Source: Octopus sinensis
Lineage: Eukaryota
Reading direction: 5' to 3'
NCBI RefSeq assembly: GCF_006345805.1
Contig: NC_043004.1
Coordinates: 82,212,001-82,276,000 of the forward strand
DNA length: 64,000 bases
The stretch's first letter is position 1. Every line of letters begins with the position of its first letter. Made by a program: the position numbers and the translations under genes. The notes beneath the pieces were generated by a model that was not told where the DNA came from, did not search any database, and worked only from the letters and a program-made list of their open reading frames with translations. This document shows positions 24,519 through 37,570 of this stretch, one piece after another.

Positions 24519-25109
24519 TTCCTAAAATTACTTCCATTGTTTATTTTCCAATTGTCGAATAAACTTTTACGAGTATTCATTTTGTGTGCGTGCGTGTGTG
24601 TGTGCCTGTGTGTGTGTGTGTATGTTTGTGTGTGTATGATGGAATGTGTTTATATGTAGAACCGGGTATTTAGTGTTTGTTTTGAGTAAAAAAAAATTTG
24701 AATAATTCTCAAGTAAAATAATCTTAAAGCTTGCATATCCAAACAGATTAAACTGTTATGTAGCGAATAGTCTATTTGTTGTAATATCGAGTAGTCGGGT
24801 GGATAGAATACCGGTCGATGACCAGGTTTTCCTCTATACGGTGTCGGGTGTTTAATCATCGTACATAGGAACCTTTAGCTGGCGTCCTGATACGCTAGAA
24901 AAAGGGACGAAATATATATTTTTTCAATTAAATTCCAAAATGCACACACACACACACACACACACGCGCACACACACAATACACACACAAATATACACAC
25001 AAATACACACATACGTTTCAGTTGGATTTTGGCCCCAGGCCATGACTAATTTAATATCATCTCCTGAAAAAGACATTCAATGAAGCTTCAAAATTTTCGC
25101 GCAAGGCCT

Positions 25110-25297
25110 GCAAGTTCAGGGATGAGCGGAGGTCGATCACATCGACCCCCAGTGCTCAACTGGTACTTATTTTATCAACCCCGAAAGAATGAAAGGCAAA
25201 GTCGATCCCGGCGGAATTTGAACTCAGAACGTAAAGACGGACGAAATGCCGCCAAGCGTTTTGCCCAGCGTGCAAACGACTCTGCGACTCGCCGACA
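25110..25297 (-). mobile_element. SINE family C
   Basis: Reverse-complement homology to 8168-8340. Confidence 0.82.
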
Positions 25298-25399
25298 TAA
25301 AATAAGAATTTCATATTACACTCATTCATTGGACTCGAGAGTCCATTCGTGTAAAGAGTTATTCATTGCAGAAATATTTCTGAGATATAACTGGGTGAA

Positions 25400-25603
25400 C
25401 ATTATTTACATTATTTACATTTGATGGATATTTGTCCTCATCTTGTTTGTTGTTAACACGACGTTTCAGCTGTTACACCACCCAGCATTCATCAGGTCTC
25501 CTGAGGAAATTTCGAACCTGGGTTCTCATTGCTAAGGCATTTTTCGATGTTATTATTATTATTATTATTACTACTACTATTATTATTATTATTATTATTA
25601 TTA

Positions 25604-25642
<39 letters not shown>

Positions 25643-25667
25643 TCACTGCCTGGAATCGAACTCGGAA
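25400..25667 (-). mobile_element. Composite element: tRNA B-box fragment, (TAA)n, then a PLE-like terminus with hammerhead motif
   Basis: Minus strand reads GAGTTCGATTCC (25664-25653), (AAT)n, then CTGATGA-AT-GCTG..CAGC-T-GAAACGTC (25495-25460). Confidence 0.6.
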
Positions 25668-25698
25668 TAATAATAATAATATAATAATAATAATAATA

Positions 25699-25737
<39 letters not shown>

Positions 25738-26712
25738 CAATAATAATAAGAACAACAACATAAACAACAACAACAACAACAACAATAATAATAATGATAA
25801 TAAAAACATAAAAATAATAATAATTAAACACCCAGTCAACATCCTCTTGTGATTTTATTGAATAAATTCACTCTTTAGTATTTCAAGATATTTTTATGTA
25901 ATTTTGGTAAACATGTCTGTTAAAATGAGATGTAAGTGCTATTTTCATTTTTGCGTAATTTAGACGTCAGTTTACTCACCGTACCCTATACGTATACATA
26001 TTCATATATACTTATAGACATATGCATATACATACTATGTATATATATGTATGTATGTACATGTGTATATATATATATGTGTGTTTGTGTTTGTGTATTT
26101 GTGTGTCTGTATATATAATATATATATATATCTATATGTATGTGTATATATGATTATTTACAGCTACACCAACACGAGTACTACGAACAAACTTGTGCTT
26201 AGATATGTGTCTGTGAAAATACGGTTGCTGATATAAATACATATGAATAATTTTACGGGAGCTAAATATATACTAGTTGCCGTTGAGTTATATCTGAGTA
26301 ACAAGTAAAAAAGAATATAAATTTCTTTTAGTTTCAACAACCCCCAAAAACTTCGAAACTCTCATTAGCACTTTGGCGCCATAACAATTATACCTTGGTT
26401 GATGTCATTCTTATCTCTATTCATCACTGATGATTAACAATTTGAAGTGATACTCATGATCTTTTTTACATACACTCATTACCCCTCTCTCTCTCTTTCA
26501 CTCTCTCTCTCTCTTTCACTCTCTCTTGTACTCTTCCTCACATACAACTTCACTCACATACGTATATATTACAACTGAATTCATACATACATACATACAT
26601 ACAAACACATAAATGTACAGACATACGTACATACATACCTACATACACATATAAATGTATAATTTCACACACGCATATATTTTTGAAGAGAGAAAGAGAG
26701 AAAGAGAGAGAA

Positions 26713-26754
<42 letters not shown>

Positions 26755-26930
26755 TTCCTCTGTCTTCCCTTCTCTGGATCTTTCCTTCTCCTATGTTTCC
26801 AACGAAGAGCTCCGCTCAAAACGTTAAACCCTCCTTCTTTCCTTCTTTCCTGAGCGTTCAATAATACTATATTTGTTCCACGTCCCCGCGTTGTTGTGTT
26901 TTTTGTGCTTTCTTGTTTGGATTAACTATT
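26755..26930 (+). mobile_element. Solo PLE-like terminus, family 1, decayed hammerhead
   Basis: CCAACGA-A-GAGC-TCC-GCTC-AAAACGTT; homologous to 56085-56260, 55275-55480 and 50780-50960. Confidence 0.65.
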
Positions 26931-26963
26931 ATATATATATATATAATATATATATATATATAT

Positions 26964-27013
<50 letters not shown>

Positions 27014-27420
27014 CAATTATAAAAAGTCAAAATAAAAAAGTCAAAATGAAGAGAAAGATAGACAGCTTTTTAATAATCACTACAAATGTTTTGATACATA
27101 CAGATCTACGTATATACAAGATTTAAATTTAAATTTAAATTTAAATTAAATTATGTAACGATTTACCTGCATAAAAAGATCTATATGTATCTCCTCAGGC
27201 GATATTCAATTGCTGTCTCTGTAAGTAAATCTAGAACGTATTGAAGTACAAACAGAGCTCGTTCACCCTTAGAATTCCCAATAACCGGTAGTATAATAGT
27301 GCTACAGGCTTATATCTTATATAATAATAATAATACTAACGACTATTTCGGAATTCTAAGGGTGAACGATCTTTATTTGTACTCTAATACGTTCTTAACA
27401 GAACATATTATGTATGAGTG

Positions 27421-27499
<79 letters not shown>

Positions 27500-27586
27500 T
27501 GCATGTAAATATTTGCTTAAGTTTAAATCTCTTGAGCCCTATGAAGTGTATTCTACAGGGATAATAATCTGTCTCTCATCTATAAC

Positions 27587-27688
<102 letters not shown>

Positions 27689-27720
27689 GTTTATCTATCT
27701 ATCTATCTATCTACCTACCT

Positions 27721-28021
27721 GTGGAGGCACATGGTCTAGTGTTTAGAGCAGCGGATTCGCGGTCGAAGGATCGCGGATTCGAATCTCAGACCGGGCGATG
27801 TGTGTGTTAATGAGTGGAACACCTAAGCTCCACGCGGCTCCGGCAGAAGGTAATGGCGAACTTCTGCTGACTCTTTCGTCACAACTTTCTCTCATTCTTT
27901 CCTCCTGCATCTTGCAGCTCACCAATGACAGACCTGCGTCTTTCCAGGTGGGCAACCTATACGCCAAGGAAACCGGGAAACCGGCACTTATGAGCCAGGC
28001 ATAGCTCGAGAAGAAACAAAC
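27721..28021 (+). mobile_element. SINE family A-related, tail type 3 (RTE-like), inside (TATC)n
   Basis: Family A head/core variant with a third 3' half; 12-bp TSD atctacctacct at 27709-27720 and 28022-28033. Confidence 0.85.
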
Positions 28022-28035
28022 ATCTACCTACCTAC

Positions 28036-28119
<84 letters not shown>

Positions 28120-28325
28120 CTCTGTCTATGGACGTGTTGTCACTTCGACTCCGAAGTTAATCATTTATTTTGACTATTTATAGCTCAATTTTTGTGAACA
28201 TTTTTGTAAATAAGTTGTGTAAGGCACCCAACTTTCGTTTGAGTGCTTTTCCAAGGGAGGAATTCGCCCCTAGGGGCAGTTTCAACCCCATTTCATTTCT
28301 GTAATTTTCTTCTCGACATTAGAAA

Positions 28326-30077
28326 ATGTCTAAAAATTTTATTGTAGAACGCTGGTCGCGTTCTTTTATGGAACAACATTTTCCTAGTCTGGAAACGATA
28401 GAGAAAAAAAAGAACGTACGCGCGGAAATTGCAAATATGAATATCGGTAAAATGAACGCTGCAACCACGTGCGGTAACAGCCCTGTCACCACCGCTACCA
28501 CCACCACTAACAACAGCAACCACGAGACTAATACTGCTACCACCACCACCTCCACCACCACCACCACCACCACTACCACGACCAACATAAATGATAAAAA
28601 TAAAACTCGCACGAAAACTATTGACAAAAACAACAGCAACAACAAGAACAACAATAAAAATGAACTATCTAATAGTGAAGATGTTAATACAAAAAAATCA
28701 ACAACAGTAAATTTCGCGGACACTCTTCGCCAGAAGAAAGAAATAGTAACATTCACAAATGAAGAGCTCATAGAAACAAGAGCTCTCTTTACAACCCGTG
28801 GACAAGATTTAGTGCTGCATACACCTCAACATATAAAGCAAGAAATAGAAAATAAGACAATTGTATATAAAATTATTAGAAAAAACAAAAAACTAAATGA
28901 ACAGATTACAAAAACTGATGTGGAAAAATGTTTAAAAGACATAATGAAAGAAAAAGAGTATATAAACTGGGGTCCCCAGTTTAACACAGTAGTGGTCCGC
29001 TTCCCTAACCAGGAAGTGGCAAAAGCTCACTGTACTGAGTCTCTGGGAAATGATGAAATCATCATGGTCCCATACTACAAAAACCAGAGAGTGAGTCGAA
29101 TCACAATTAAAAATGTACCTCCCGAGCTTCCTAACAAATGGATAACAGGGGCAATCTGTTACCATTTAAAAAATATTAATATTTTGGAGACCGCCATGTA
29201 CCCTGGCGACATTTGGGGTGGGAAAACAATAGTGGTGACCATCCAGATTGAGGGGGCCTCTATCGAGAGCCTACCGGATAAGATCCACTTGGAGAATGGG
29301 CAATGCCTATATGTTGTGGCAGAAGGCAAAAAGCCTAGATGCTACAAATGTGGCAGCCCCGAACATTTGATTGCCAAGTGCGATCTGGTACAGAAAAAAC
29401 AAGAAAGAACAAATCAGAAAACAAATAAAATCCCTTTGTTGCCAACACCAACACCAACACACTCAATTATGGAACAATGCCAAGAAAAACAACAAACCAA
29501 CGAACAAACCGCAACAACATCACCAAGAAAAGAAACAGTACCAACACAATCACCGTTGACTTCACAACCAATTAAACCTGTTGAATTAACAAAAAATAGA
29601 CCCACACCCACACCCAGGACGACAATTAAAAAGACAGAAAACACTGACGAGAAGATAAATGCTACCCCTAACACCACAACAACACAAACACCGCACAAAA
29701 CATCAACAATTTATACAAGCATACATAGTAATGCAAATGTTTTGCCTCTACCCCATACTGATACGTCGGACGACGAAAGTTCGACGGAATGGCAAATAGC
29801 CACAGGGGGTAAAAGAAAAAGATCAAAAAAATCCACCAAACAAGGAAGTAAAGCAGGGAGATATCTAACTCAGGACAACATACCCTTAGACAATCAAAAA
29901 AGTAATGAACCCGTAAAACCACACACACAACTAACTGCAATAGACACAGACAATAAAGAATTAATGGACTACATCAAATCTAACATGGTCATCTGTGAAG
30001 ATGACTTTAAGACAAACAATCATCCGCACACCACACCACCGAAACACATCAGAATTTTACACATAACACAAGCATAA
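28326..30077 (+). CDS. Tx1 ORF1 (RRM-like region plus CCHC zinc knuckle, T/N-rich linkers)
   Basis: 583-aa open frame with RITIKNVPPEL and RCYKCGSPEHLIAKC; the frame may once have run to ~30196 through two stops. Confidence 0.85.
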   Translation: MSKNFIVERWSRSFMEQHFPSLETIEKKKNVRAEIANMNIGKMNAATTCGNSPVTTATTTTNNSNHETNTATTTTSTTTTTTTTTTNINDKNKTRTKTIDKNNSNNKNNNKNELSNSEDVNTKKSTTVNFADTLRQKKEIVTFTNEELIETRALFTTRGQDLVLHTPQHIKQEIENKTIVYKIIRKNKKLNEQITKTDVEKCLKDIMKEKEYINWGPQFNTVVVRFPNQEVAKAHCTESLGNDEIIMVPYYKNQRVSRITIKNVPPELPNKWITGAICYHLKNINILETAMYPGDIWGGKTIVVTIQIEGASIESLPDKIHLENGQCLYVVAEGKKPRCYKCGSPEHLIAKCDLVQKKQERTNQKTNKIPLLPTPTPTHSIMEQCQEKQQTNEQTATTSPRKETVPTQSPLTSQPIKPVELTKNRPTPTPRTTIKKTENTDEKINATPNTTTTQTPHKTSTIYTSIHSNANVLPLPHTDTSDDESSTEWQIATGGKRKRSKKSTKQGSKAGRYLTQDNIPLDNQKSNEPVKPHTQLTAIDTDNKELMDYIKSNMVICEDDFKTNNHPHTTPPKHIRILHITQA

Positions 30078-30276
30078 CACCACATACTGAAAACAATATT
30101 TCCGAATGCGGTAGGCGGGTATCAATGATACTTGTCGAAAAAACTATACAAACACCTCATCAAAAACAATACAAAAGAAGAAGAAGAAAAAAAATGAAAC
30201 TTTTAAAATGAGTAAGTGACCTCACTTCTTGCCTCTTGTCTCTTCTAATATAGTGTGTAAAACACAATTTTCGTAA

Positions 30277-33200
30277 ATGTCAAGTATGCTTAAATTAGGT
30301 TGTGTGAATGCGCGTGGCTTGGCGTCGGCTTGGAAGCTAGGTTACCTTCTAAACGACATCAAGTCACTGGACGTGGATATAGTAGCTATCAGTGAAACCA
30401 GACTCAGTAAGCCGCGGGCCCTCGAGTCCATGTTTGGCAATCAATTTGACATTTATTTTTCTCTCTGTCTGCCGAACATGGGTGGTGGAGGTACTGCGGT
30501 GCTTTTTCGAAAGAGTCTAAAGGTAAAAGTAAGAGCAATATTCCTAGACCCGGAGGGTAGGCTGGTTGTCTTGGACGTGGATGGCAGAAATGGGTGTGCA
30601 TTCCGTCTGATGGCAGTTTATGCACCGTCCTTAACGGGTCGGGCGGATTTCTTCAGACGTCTAGAGGTTTCCTGGGTACGTCTAGACCTTTACTGTTAGT
30701 AGGGGATTGGAACGCTACCTTGGACACTCATCTAGATTATGTGGGAAGGGATAGGAATAGAAGGGGGTGTAAGAGCCTCAAAGACCTGCTCAGACGTTTC
30801 CATTTGTCTGACAGGTTCCGACTCGACCATCCGAACGTGCCAACGTGGACTTGGACAAACCGCGTCGGATCGTCGAGATCTTATCTAGATAGAATTCTAT
30901 GCAGGACAGCGGATAGGGATAGTGTAGGATGTCCACAATTTAAAATAGTCAGCTACACAGATCACAAATTTGTTACGTGTACGCTCGACTTAGATAAAAC
31001 ACATAGGCAGGGTCCCGGTTACTGGAAACTGAACACGTCGCTGTTAGCGCGACAGGTTTACAGGAACCGGATTAGCGAGTTAATTAAGAGGGCGCTGACG
31101 GGAGCGGTCGTTAACAACCGCTGGTGGTACGCCCTGAAAATGGCAATAAAATCGGAATCAATTAGGTTTAGCAAGGAATTAGCGATATAACGAAATAGAG
31201 TATAGGGAGACTTAGTTAAGAAACTAGAAGAGGCACTTACCACTGGCAGCGCAACCAACATGCTGGCTGCGAGGATGGCCCTCGACCAACACCTCAACGC
31301 CAAGCACGAAGGTTGCGTCGTCAGAGCTAAAATGCGTGCCTTAAGGAACGAAGGGATTGAAGCTGCGCGAGAGGCCCGGGTAGCGGAGGCGCAGCGTGGC
31401 AACAGATCAACCATTCGGTCTCTAATAGATCAACAGGGATGCAGTTTACTCGAACCCGAAAGGATGTGTGAGGCCTTTCAACAGCACTTTGCTCGACTGT
31501 TTGGTGCGAGTGGTGGGTCGGAACGCGGGATGGATTTCAGTGCCTACCTGACCGACCTGCCGCGGCTCTCGGCAAGAGAAGCGGAGTGTTGTGAAAGTCC
31601 CATCACAGCCGCTGACGTGTGGGATGCGATGGCGGGCTGCGCGAGGGATAAGTCGCCTGGATTGGATGGTTTACCCTACGAGCTGTATTATCGAATGCCA
31701 GACTTGTTTGGCGACCTCTTGGCATCAGTCTACTGCAACTGGCAGCAAAACGGGAGAATCCCCGGTTTCGTGAGCCGAGGTGCAGTGACGTTGCTGAAGA
31801 AAGACTCAAACAAAGGGAATTTTATAGATAATTTCAGGCCCATCACTCTGCTCAACGCAGATTTGAAAATTTTGGCCAAAGTAATAGCCGAGAGGTTGGC
31901 GCTTGTCATTGGTAAACTGGTCGACAGGGCGCAAACATGCGCCGTGCCGGGCAGAACCATACATGACAACCTCCATCTGATGCGCTACATTGTGGACAGG
32001 GTAGTTAAGGATCCTGGCATGGGTGGGGCGCTGATAAATTTGGATCAGTCTAAAGCTTTCGATAGGGTCGACCATCGGTACTTGGCGGCCGTCCTCAGGG
32101 CGGCTGGCTTCGATCCCGTCTTCCGCGGTTGGATCGCTGCCTTGTATAGCGGCATCCGATCGGTGATTCGGGTGAACGGTCACCTGTCGAAACCGTTTGA
32201 CATCACGCGTTCGGTCCGCTTCTGTATGTCGGCGCTTCTGTATGTATTGACTCTCGAGCCGCTACTGCGGAAGCTGGCGACACTGAGGGGCATCCCACGG
32301 GAACTGGGTTGCGGGACGAGCGTGTCGGCATATGCGGACGATGTCACCGTCATAGTGTCGAGCGACAAACACATCAAGATGATAGGCGAGACACTAAGAA
32401 AATACGAAACGGTGACGGGAGCAAAGATTAACCCGGAAAAGTCAGTGGGTTTGCTACTCGGCACCTGGAGAAGCAAGCCCATGCCGTCCGACTGCGGCTC
32501 AGTAGTGGGACGCTGGACGGACGGACCGGTTAAATTGCTCGGGGTCTGGTTCAGTCCGGACCTCCAAATGGATAAGAATTGGGACGAGATCACGAGTAGA
32601 GTGGTCGCTCTCAGCCAAACATGGGCCGAGAGAAAGCTGTCTCTAAAAGGCGGGCGGAGGTGGCGAACGCGTACATCGCATCCGTCATCGATTACCGCCT
32701 GACCGTCGTACCTTGTCCCGACGCCACCATCACCAAACTGGAACGCATACTCTTCCGCTTCCTGTGGGAGGGTGGCGTTCCGATGGTGAGGAAGTCCATT
32801 TGCTGTCAACATCCGTTGAATGGAGGACTGGGCATGCGTGGTTGATGATGCGCAGGCATGCGCTGAGACTGCGACATCTCTGGAAATTCATCGACGACGG
32901 TGAACAGGTGTGGGCGCCGTTTGTGAGGCGCGACTTCCCGCAGCTCGTCTCACTGACCGAACTGCAAACGTGGATCAAAAAGAGACCGAAACTGGGCGAT
33001 TGGCACCGAGAGTGTCGCCAAGCTCTACAGCAGCTCTGCCGACCGGGGTCAAACTTGTGCAACTTACAAATGACTAAAGCGTTCTATAGAGGACTAGTGG
33101 AGGGGAGGTCCGACGACACACTCGGAGCAAACCTGGGCGTCGACGAGGAATTCCTAACCCGCCTGTTCAGGACGACGTTCGGGCCGGGGCCTATGGATAA

Positions 33201-33717
33201 CTTCCAGAAATCCCTGGCTTGGCAGTGCTATCGAGACGCACTACCTGTTCGAGAGAAGAGCTACAGACACGGTTCGAAAACCATCACCGGACCGACCTGC
33301 CCGAGATGCGGTCAGAGCGACGAAACCGTTCTGCACGCACTCGTGCAGTGTCCAGATATTTCAGAGCTGTGGTCCTTCGTCGAACAGCTGTTGTCACGTG
33401 TAGGTCAGGCTCGCCTATCGGCCGAGTCTATCGTGAATATTATTCCACCACCTTCCTTAAAACGGGAAGGGAAAACGGTTTTCGTTACGCTGATGGCTAT
33501 GGCGAAAGAATGTGTGTGGTGGACGCGTTTGAAAGGACTGCAAACAAACACCTTCCTCTCTGGTCAGTCTCCCGTCAACTTTTTCAAGTACCACTTGAAA
33601 AGGAGGATGAGAATAGAGAGGAAGGCTTTGTCGAACGAATGTTTTAATAAAAAGTGGGTAAAAGTAGCAAAAATGGTCAGTATGAAAGACGACACTATTT
33701 TAAGCATAAATCTGTAA
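30277..33717 (+). pseudogene. Tx1 ORF2 (APE endonuclease, RT, C-terminal CCHC), disrupted
   Basis: GCVNARGL, DIVAISET, AVYAP, VGDWNA, LDRI, TDHK; SPGLDGLP, NFRPITLLN, LDQSKAFDRV, YADDV; CPRCGQSDETVLHALVQC. 1-bp frameshifts near 30670, 32650 and 32835; two in-frame stops at ~31188-31205. Confidence 0.95.
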
Positions 33718-34821
33718 CCAAAAGAGACAACGAGAAGTAAGGCGACTTACTCATGTGTTCTTTTTCGAATTGCCTGAGGTGACCTTGGTCTTTTTTGTAG
33801 GTTTTTCTTTCCAAGGCTACACCTAAACTGTGAACCTTATATATATATATATATTGCTTTTTATACACCACACAACCCACAGATCCCTATTGATCAAACG
33901 TTCTTTTTTGTTTTTTTTTTGCCCCACCCATCCCACCTCGAAAAGAAAAATTCTACATTGTATTTCGTCCATTTTTATTCTGTGTTTAGCCCTGTGTGGC
34001 TACAATAAAAAGTTATCTATCTATCTATCTATCTATCTATCTGTGCGTTTGCCTAAAATTTCTCTCGATCGTGAGCTAAATTCTCAAAAACCAAAATGAA
34101 CATAGGCACCTTGCTTAATCACCTAAATATCAAAGGCAGAGCATGATCACGTGTAATATGTAAGTTAACTTATTGAAGAGCTGGTACTTCTTATTATTTC
34201 GAGATGATTTGCGCTACGCTAGAAATTGAGGTAAAACAATTTATGTTTCAGAAGTCGAACGCCATTTATTAAACTAGGTTAATGGTGAATTTTCGACAGA
34301 TGACTCTTGTTTAATAAATTTGTTACACTATTGTATCCTGTTTCAAGTCGGTTGATTAGCAGAGTAGGTACAATATCGGTTGGAATAACTTGTGAATTTT
34401 AGTTGTGTTTCTTTACATTTCTGTTGAGATTCCGCAGACATCCTGATTCTTTTTTAAATCTTCAGGCGTCGAAAACAATTAAATTAGCAGAAAATAATAA
34501 AAGCTATTTGATTGGTTGTTTCCTATACTCTTAGATGTGTGTTTGAAAATCAGAATCAATCTAACTTTTTTTAGTCTCCCCTCACACTAAAATATTGTGA
34601 CAAATTTCGTTGCGTTATGAGTTATGAGTTCGTATTCAACCTAGGAGCAGCTTTGCCTTCCACCTATTGAGGAATTAACAAATTAACAAGTCGGTAGAGT
34701 TGGCATCGACTTTCTGAACCTGCAAGAGTGTTTTGTTTTTGTACTCATTCTAGAAATCAATATCATTGTCTAAACGTCTGAACTAGCACTCAGAAATGTT
34801 CTTGTAGTATACACCACTTAT

Positions 34822-35055
34822 ACAGAGTGCACCCCAAGAAACAGAACCCACAAATCTTTGAATAATACAACGCAGGGTGATAGATCAAGATTAACAGTGG
34901 TCCCAGGAAGACGGGGCAACTCCCACGCATCAAACGACTCCCTAGCCTGGCTGAAAGAGCGATTTCAGGAGAGACTGATCAGCAGCAACTGTGACGTTGA
35001 GTGGGCATCGCATTCATTGGACTTGAACACACCAGATTTTTATCTTTGTTCCTCT
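34822..35055 (+). mobile_element. Internally deleted Tc1/mariner-superfamily element, spacing about DD41D
   Basis: TA+CAGAGTG TIR-like start; EDGATPH..SLAWLKERFQERLISS..EWASHSLDLNTPDFYL with about 41 residues between the last two Asp (one frameshift). Confidence 0.7.
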
Positions 35056-35675
35056 TAATTTTGAAAAATAAAAGAAGTATAAAAAAACCGCATTATTTAT
35101 GGGATGACCCAATATATTCCCCCATTCACAATCAGAGCACGAGTCTCATACGTCAATGTAGAGATCTTACATAGAATTCTCTTATTAAATGAATTATCTA
35201 GTTATAATATACCATAATTATCCTGGATCTTAAGTTGTTTGTAACCATTGAAATAGAGGCTGCAACTTTGCTGCATCTTTGATCTTCTTCATCATATCTA
35301 AATATCGATATGGGTAAACGCTCTTAAAATATATTATAATCTATTAATGTATGAACGTATTTTGTATGCCATTCTATTTATCTGCGTCTAGCTCTCCATT
35401 TGACACTCTCTTTCATCTTTAAGTGTATGTGTGTGTATGTGTGTGCATGTGTGTGTGTGTGTGTGTCTGTTTCTGTGTGTGGATCTCTCAGTGCGTCTGT
35501 GTACGTCTTTGTAATTATATAAATGATATATTAGTAAGTTATATAGTTTTTACGTATATAATCATCTCTAGCTATCAATGTATGTATGTATGTATGTATG
35601 TATCTATCTATTTGTTTGCATAAGCATATATATATATATATACACATATGTATACATATACATCCATGTACAGAC

Positions 35676-35709
<34 letters not shown>

Positions 35710-35726
35710 CATACACACACACACAT

Positions 35727-35771
<45 letters not shown>

Positions 35772-35935
35772 GAAAGAGAGAGTGAGAGAGAGAGATTGGT
35801 GGTTATTAGATAGATGCCTATATATCTATAGATATATTTATATATAGGTCTATAAACTCCATGTGTACCTCTATAACTTTCTCTTTCTGTATACATATAC
35901 ATACATGCATGCATGCATATATATAATAATATATA

Positions 35936-36010
<75 letters not shown>

Positions 36011-36366
36011 TGTATCTATGTACGTATTTCTGTATGTACATACTGTTACATGAGGCCAGTGTAAGTTTAGATATCGTGAATTATATTTATTGCGTAAGAT
36101 CAGCATCACAAAATTTATTCTATGCTAAGTGGAAGGATATCACGTGTGTTATTTTATGACCTATGCCATAGTCACGTTTACACTGACTTATTTAAAGTAC
36201 TTCATATTCATATCATTGATATCAATTGATACTAATTGGTGCTAATTGATTGTACTATCAACTGTTGAACTCCAGATATTGATCGGTCTGTAAGCTAACT
36301 CGCACCACCTCCATTCGTCGGAAGGAAGTGAGAGATTCGAGTTAGAAAAACTAGAAATATACTACA

Positions 36367-36397
<31 letters not shown>

Positions 36398-36505
36398 TAC
36401 CACCACCACCACCACCACCACCACCACCACCACTACTACTACTACTACTACCACCACCACCACCACACCACCACCACCACCACCACTACCACTACTACCA
36501 CCACC

Positions 36506-36569
<64 letters not shown>

Positions 36570-36574
36570 TAAAT

Positions 36575-37500
36575 AAAAGGCTTCTTTGTTTCTGGGGTTC
36601 ACCATCACCCAGAATTTACCAATACTTCATAAAAACCCAAAATTAAAGGAAATTCTAAACATACACCAAATCATTAAAAGCTACAAACAGCCTAAATCGC
36701 TTAAAAAGATTCTCACAAAGGCAAAATTGTCTTCTAAAATTACGGATGCAAAAGTAAAAAAATGTGGTAGATCGAACTGTGCAACATGTCCTAACCTATT
36801 GGAAGGATCAGAATTCTTCTTTAAAGAGGGACAGAAATTTAAGATCAAATCTAACTTACTTGTGCCTCTGAAAACATAATTTATGTTATTAAATGCTCGG
36901 GCTGCCACCAAAAGACTACGTGGGTTCCACGGGACTATCACTCAGGCGTAGATGCACACTGCATCGACAACAGATTGCATTCCCAGAATATAGAATGATA
37001 CCTTTTAGTGAGCACATTGAGAAATGCGCAAAGCAACTACTGCCACAATTTTTAATCTTCCCATTTTACCAATGTGCTTTCGGATCATCAACACAAATGA
37101 GACTGAACAAGGAAACATTCTTCATTGAAAAGTACAAACCCAGACTCAACCATCCGAACATACTGACACAGAGAAATTAACAAGGAAAAGGGAAAAAAAT
37201 TTTTAAGCGATTATCTCCCTTACACCGGAAGAAATCACTCACTACCTCCCCTTATTTAGAAATCTCCTGGAAATAAAAACAATGATAACTCCATGCAATA
37301 TAAACATAACGTCACAAGAAATTTGAAAAGCTACACGCGAAACCGGTAATTTCTTTAAGAGGTTTTAAAATTATGTCATTTTAAGGAAAGGAAAAAAAAA
37401 ATTTTTCCAATATTCTCCAGACATTTTGACACAAATATATATATTTTTTAACATTTAAGCCTTCTGTCGTTTTTTCACACTTTACTATTTTCTTATATAT
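36575..37500 (+). mobile_element. PLE 3' part: GIY-YIG endonuclease plus pseudo-LTR with decayed hammerhead
   Basis: KCGRSNCATC, IYVIKC..C..YVGSTG..LRRR..H, KETFFIEKY.PRLN (ORFs 36586-36879 and 36893-37180, frameshifted). Confidence 0.9.
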
Positions 37501-37570
37501 TCACCCACGCGTTTTACCAAACAAACTTTCTTATCTATATATATATATATACAGACACACATCCATATAT

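Larger units (their letters stand above)
28119..34042 (+). mobile_element. Full-length Tx1-clade (L1 group) LINE, inactive, flanked by (TATC)n
   Basis: ~200-bp 5' UTR, ORF1, ORF2 (APE-RT-CCHC), 3' UTR, AATAAA at 34004-34009; (TATC)n at 28035-28118 and 34014-34042. Confidence 0.95.

Noticed and set aside
28119-28325. HDV-like ribozyme in the Tx1 5' UTR, and likewise at the Dong 5' end near 11311
   Set aside because: Hairpins exist (gcccctaggggc), but I could not build the nested double pseudoknot by eye.
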